From a virus (lineage: Duplodnaviria > Caudoviricetes): a stretch of DNA of 27,653 bases. Shown here piece after piece: positions 24,612-27,653 of this stretch (positions are counted from its first letter, which is position 1; the number at the start of each line of letters is the position of its first letter). The stretch is from the IMG/VR virus record IMGVR_UViG_3300020045_004789, positions 1 to 27,653 of that record. One strand, 5' to 3'. A model generated the notes under the pieces. The model worked only from the letters and a program-made list of their open reading frames with translations, was not told the DNA's origin and did not search any database. The position numbers were made by a program, and so were the translations under genes.

Positions 24612-25889
24612 TTAGAAATAGCCCCCTACATTTCCACCAATCGGATTGAAATCATTTTCACCATATACTTGTTGACGGATCTGTTGAATGGTAAGATTCT
24701 CATCAGGATGGCTAAATTCTCCTCTAGGGAAAGCAGTATAGCAAGCGTACCTAAGTGCATCACAAATATGTTCTTTTTTCTTTAATGGCTTATCTTCCCC
24801 TTGATCCGCAGCTTTAGGATCCCATGAGTATGTTTGGATACACTCTCTAAGCGTTGGACATCCTTTATGAATCACAAGGCTTTTCTGGGAAATAAATTTG
24901 CTTGTGACCTTTATTCCCTCAATCACATCATTATTAGCATCTAGCACAGGCAACTCTCTGCGTCTGAGCTCTACCTTAAGACTTGCTGCTGATGGATCGA
25001 CATAGATTGCTCTCACACTTTTCCATCCTACGAATTCCTTAATATCATCTGCTAACTCCGCGTCTGTTTTCTGACGACCTTTCTTCACAGAATCATAATA
25101 ATATTCTTCCTCGACCCGTATCTGTGGCCATCGAGTAGGAGAAACAGCGCAGAGAACAGCAGCAGTGGCGTTGGAAGTCCCATAGTCAATACCTACGATG
25201 TAATAGTTTGGAGGCTCTTTTGGCTGATCATATTCGTTGAGATCATCATAGCTATCATAGATTAGACCGTGACTAACCGCCCATTCGCCTAAGATGTAGC
25301 GCTTGTACCACATGCCGGAGTATTCTTTCTTAAGGTTCTCTTTATAAATAGGATCTAGGGAGGGATTGTCGTCGAGAGTGAAATGCCAGGATATGAGATC
25401 TAGTTCATTAGCTCGGTCGATGTAGTCTTTCTTAAGCCAATGATGAGGACCTTCTGGGTTACACGTCGCGAATATCTGTGCTCCTTTAATACTAAGACGC
25501 GACTGAAGCATCCTCCAGAAGGGCGCAGGAATGCAAGCTGCTTCGTCCACATATGCAAACGCAAGAGTACTTCCTTGGATACGTCTTACTGCTCCTTCGT
25601 CGTGGGCACCTACGAAATAGATATTACGCCCATACATCTTAGTTTCTGTGACTTTTGTGCCTGGAGGAGACCACCCTAAGAACTTGTATAACTCGATGAG
25701 AACATTGCGTTGAATAGTATCACGATTGACACCGATGATCATTCCATCACCTGGGGGGCCATTTTTGATGAAGTCTACTAGCTTGAAGATTGATGAATAA
25801 GTCTTACCAGAACGAACCGCTCCCACCCATATATTAAACCTACGGTTCGCTTTGCAGAAGCTCTCCATCTGTTTCGGACTCATATCCAT
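24612..25889 (-). CDS. terL: Terminase large subunit (PBSX-like)
   Basis: Walker A GAVRSGKT, Walker B AYVDEA, TCNP, nuclease motifs GIDYG, DPSA and HICDALRY. Confidence 0.95.
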   Translation of the reverse strand: MDMSPKQMESFCKANRRFNIWVGAVRSGKTYSSIFKLVDFIKNGPPGDGMIIGVNRDTIQRNVLIELYKFLGWSPPGTKVTETKMYGRNIYFVGAHDEGAVRRIQGSTLAFAYVDEAACIPAPFWRMLQSRLSIKGAQIFATCNPEGPHHWLKKDYIDRANELDLISWHFTLDDNPSLDPIYKENLKKEYSGMWYKRYILGEWAVSHGLIYDSYDDLNEYDQPKEPPNYYIVGIDYGTSNATAAVLCAVSPTRWPQIRVEEEYYYDSVKKGRQKTDAELADDIKEFVGWKSVRAIYVDPSAASLKVELRRRELPVLDANNDVIEGIKVTSKFISQKSLVIHKGCPTLRECIQTYSWDPKAADQGEDKPLKKKEHICDALRYACYTAFPRGEFSHPDENLTIQQIRQQVYGENDFNPIGGNVGGYF

Positions 25890-26265
25890 GCTTCTTTCTT
25901 AGCTCCATAAGTTCGTATTTCACTCTAGTCAATTCAGTGTCTGCGGTGATTTGTTGGTCATTTGGCGCTGTTGGACTTTTCTCTTCTTCTTTCTGACCTA
26001 GCCTTACTTTTCCAAGCCAAATCAAAAGGGTAGAGTTACCATTCAAAGCTTCATCAAATTGTTTTTCTCTTATCGCCGATTTACCAATTCCTTTCTTTTG
26101 GGAAGAATACTCCGTAAAATTGACACCAAATTCTTCCTCTATTTTCCTATAGAGAGTCTTAGGACACATATTAAATTCAGCCGCAATCTCTGTGCCATGA
26201 GATCCACATTTTAGTAATTTATCTACACGATCCCAATCAAGATTTTTTTCAGGTCTTCCAGCCAT
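25840..26265 (-). CDS. terS: Terminase small subunit
   Basis: MAGRP start, HTH (TEIAAEFNMCPKTLYR), LIWLGK.RLGQ motif; overlaps terL. Confidence 0.8.
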   Translation of the reverse strand: MAGRPEKNLDWDRVDKLLKCGSHGTEIAAEFNMCPKTLYRKIEEEFGVNFTEYSSQKKGIGKSAIREKQFDEALNGNSTLLIWLGKVRLGQKEEEKSPTAPNDQQITADTELTRVKYELMELRKKHGYESETDGELLQSEP

Positions 26266-26334
26266 TTATTACCACTCTAAAATATTATCTTGCTAAACAA
26301 ATCCTTACACAAGTCTTAATATTTTGAAAGCGTC

Positions 26335-26535
26335 TTAGTCAGGCGGAAACGGAAATGCCATCCAGTGAGTGATGTTTTCTGGCCAGTGGTCGCGTGAGTG
26401 GAGGGTGTTGTAGAATATTAAGTCCTCGAGGGGTTCGCATGTTTCAAGCCATCCTGCGTACACCTCATTACCATCAGTGAATAGGATGTTTTCGCAGACT
26501 CGTGGTTTTTTCTTTTCGACGTCAATCCATTTCAT
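26335..26535 (-). CDS. DUF551-like phage protein
   Basis: MKWIDVEKKKP...ITHWMAFPFPP. Confidence 0.75.
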   Translation of the reverse strand: MKWIDVEKKKPRVCENILFTDGNEVYAGWLETCEPLEDLIFYNTLHSRDHWPENITHWMAFPFPPD

Positions 26536-26753
26536 ATTTCATTTAGCTCTTGATCATATTTTTTCCCCGCTTCCATTTTCTTTTTTCCAGCACTGGTCAT
26601 GAAAGAAATTCCTGTGGAAGTTCCGAATTCCACGAAATGAGATTCTTCTGGCTTGCTCATTTCTGGGAGTTCCCGCAAGCATTTTAAATTTTCTGTCCCT
26701 TCTATATTTTCAATATTAAAAGACTTCTGACATTTTTTACATATACACTGCAT
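26532..26753 (-). CDS. Hypothetical protein with N-terminal CxCxxC
   Basis: ATGA overlap with the downstream gene. Confidence 0.55.
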   Translation of the reverse strand: MQCICKKCQKSFNIENIEGTENLKCLRELPEMSKPEESHFVEFGTSTGISFMTSAGKKKMEAGKKYDQELNEI

Positions 26754-26762
26754 AATTTTCCG

Positions 26763-26894
26763 TTAATATTTTCTCAAATGCCCATGGTCGCAGTCTATAA
26801 ACCAAGCGGGTTGCTGGTTTCCATCTCTCGTCTTTACCCAGCATTTCGTTCCAAGCTCGGGAAGAGTGTCTCCTTGTACTTTAATCCATTCCAT
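26763..26894 (-). CDS. Short DUF551-like ORF, 43 aa, possibly truncated (not in ORF track)
   Basis: MEWIKVQGDTLPELGTKCWVKTRDG...; SD GAGG; lacks the THWM.LP end. Confidence 0.5.
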   Translation of the reverse strand: MEWIKVQGDTLPELGTKCWVKTRDGNQQPAWFIDCDHGHLRKY

Positions 26895-27111
26895 TTTTTT
26901 CCTCTTGATTTATGCTTTCATAAAAATCATCAGGATTTTTTGGAGTCAATTCCTCATCAGTTATACGACGAAAAGAAACCCAGTCCTTTATCACCCAAAT
27001 AACTTCATCACAGTCATCGTATGCATGTAAAATTCCATCAATTATTCGGAAATGATGACATTCGAAATGGTAATTGTAACTTTTGTCTGTATTGACTATA
27101 TAATTATCCAT
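26881..27111 (-). CDS. Hypothetical protein (76 aa)
   Basis: Overlapping start/stop packing with its neighbours. Confidence 0.6.
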   Translation of the reverse strand: MDNYIVNTDKSYNYHFECHHFRIIDGILHAYDDCDEVIWVIKDWVSFRRITDEELTPKNPDDFYESINQEEKNGMD

Positions 27112-27409
27112 CGTCTATTTCATAAGATTTAAGTTTTTCTTCTAGATTCTTTAATATCTCAGGAGCCGTGACTTCACGAAAATGATCTTCTTCCGCCCTC
27201 TTCTCTGGCGTAAGCCGTGCTACATGATTCTTAGCATCTTCTAATTGAGAGTAATAGATGCATCCTTTCCCCACGGAATGTCCTTCAATCACGGACTTTG
27301 CCATCTTGATTCCATCCATAATCCTACATGCACAGTAACATCCCCCCTGTTCATTTATAGGGCAGCCCGCTACGCAGCATCTCCGGGAACAACATGGTTT
27401 ATATTTCAT
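27104..27409 (-). CDS. Cys-rich hypothetical protein
   Basis: ATG 27409 after GAAGGTGAAG with TAATG coupling; CCSRRCCVAGC...CYCAC. Confidence 0.6.
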   Translation of the reverse strand: MKYKPCCSRRCCVAGCPINEQGGCYCACRIMDGIKMAKSVIEGHSVGKGCIYYSQLEDAKNHVARLTPEKRAEEDHFREVTAPEILKNLEEKLKSYEIDDG

Positions 27410-27600
27410 TATGACTTCACCTTCCTGCATTTATAGAACTCCCTAGATAGAGATGGGCTAATAGAACTTAGTTTTTTTCTTTCACCGTTGGATGTCGCTG
27501 TCCTGCATGTCTTGCAAATGTCGAGGTATTTTTCCTTCAGAGTTGAGAAGGAGAAGTCCCAGAAATTCTTTTGTTGAGAACATTTGGAGCAGGTTTTCAT
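27409..27600 (-). CDS. Small zinc-finger protein (CxxC...CxxC, like the N-terminal module of HNH/EndoVII proteins)
   Basis: KTCSKCSQQKNFWDF...DICKTCR. Confidence 0.6.
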   Translation of the reverse strand: MKTCSKCSQQKNFWDFSFSTLKEKYLDICKTCRTATSNGERKKLSSISPSLSREFYKCRKVKS

Positions 27601-27653
27601 GACTTTTCTTTCCAGACGTTCAAATATTCCTCATATACCTTTTCAGTGATTTC

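Overview
This window is the packaging and virion-morphogenesis region of a tailed dsDNA phage or prophage with podovirus-type architecture. Almost all genes are on the - strand. From right to left: small accessory ORFs, terminase small and large subunits, P22-like portal, five tiny basic proteins, scaffold, N4-gp56-like major capsid protein, decoration-like proteins, adaptor, tail nozzle, putative DNA-ejection proteins, a KTSC-domain protein, and eight fibre/spike genes (including C1q-like and beta-helix heads). Three + strand islands interrupt this: (i) an RNA polymerase alpha-CTD-like gene overlapping a - strand gene; (ii) a catalytically degenerate PD-(D/E)XK gene overlapping a tRNA-Asn, followed by two membrane proteins; (iii) small membrane or exported paralogues at the left end. 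The most striking non-coding signal is a candidate late-gene control system. Two closely related promoters (21/29 nt identical) lie upstream of the capsid and main fibre genes, and each is followed by hairpins with a conserved UCGC(A/U) loop. The capsid leader has three such units in tandem, and one carries a perfect 12-nt anti-Shine-Dalgarno. The portal appears to start at a non-canonical ATC codon. No integrase, endolysin, CRISPR array or reverse transcriptase is visible. All family assignments come from motif recognition by eye, not from database searches.
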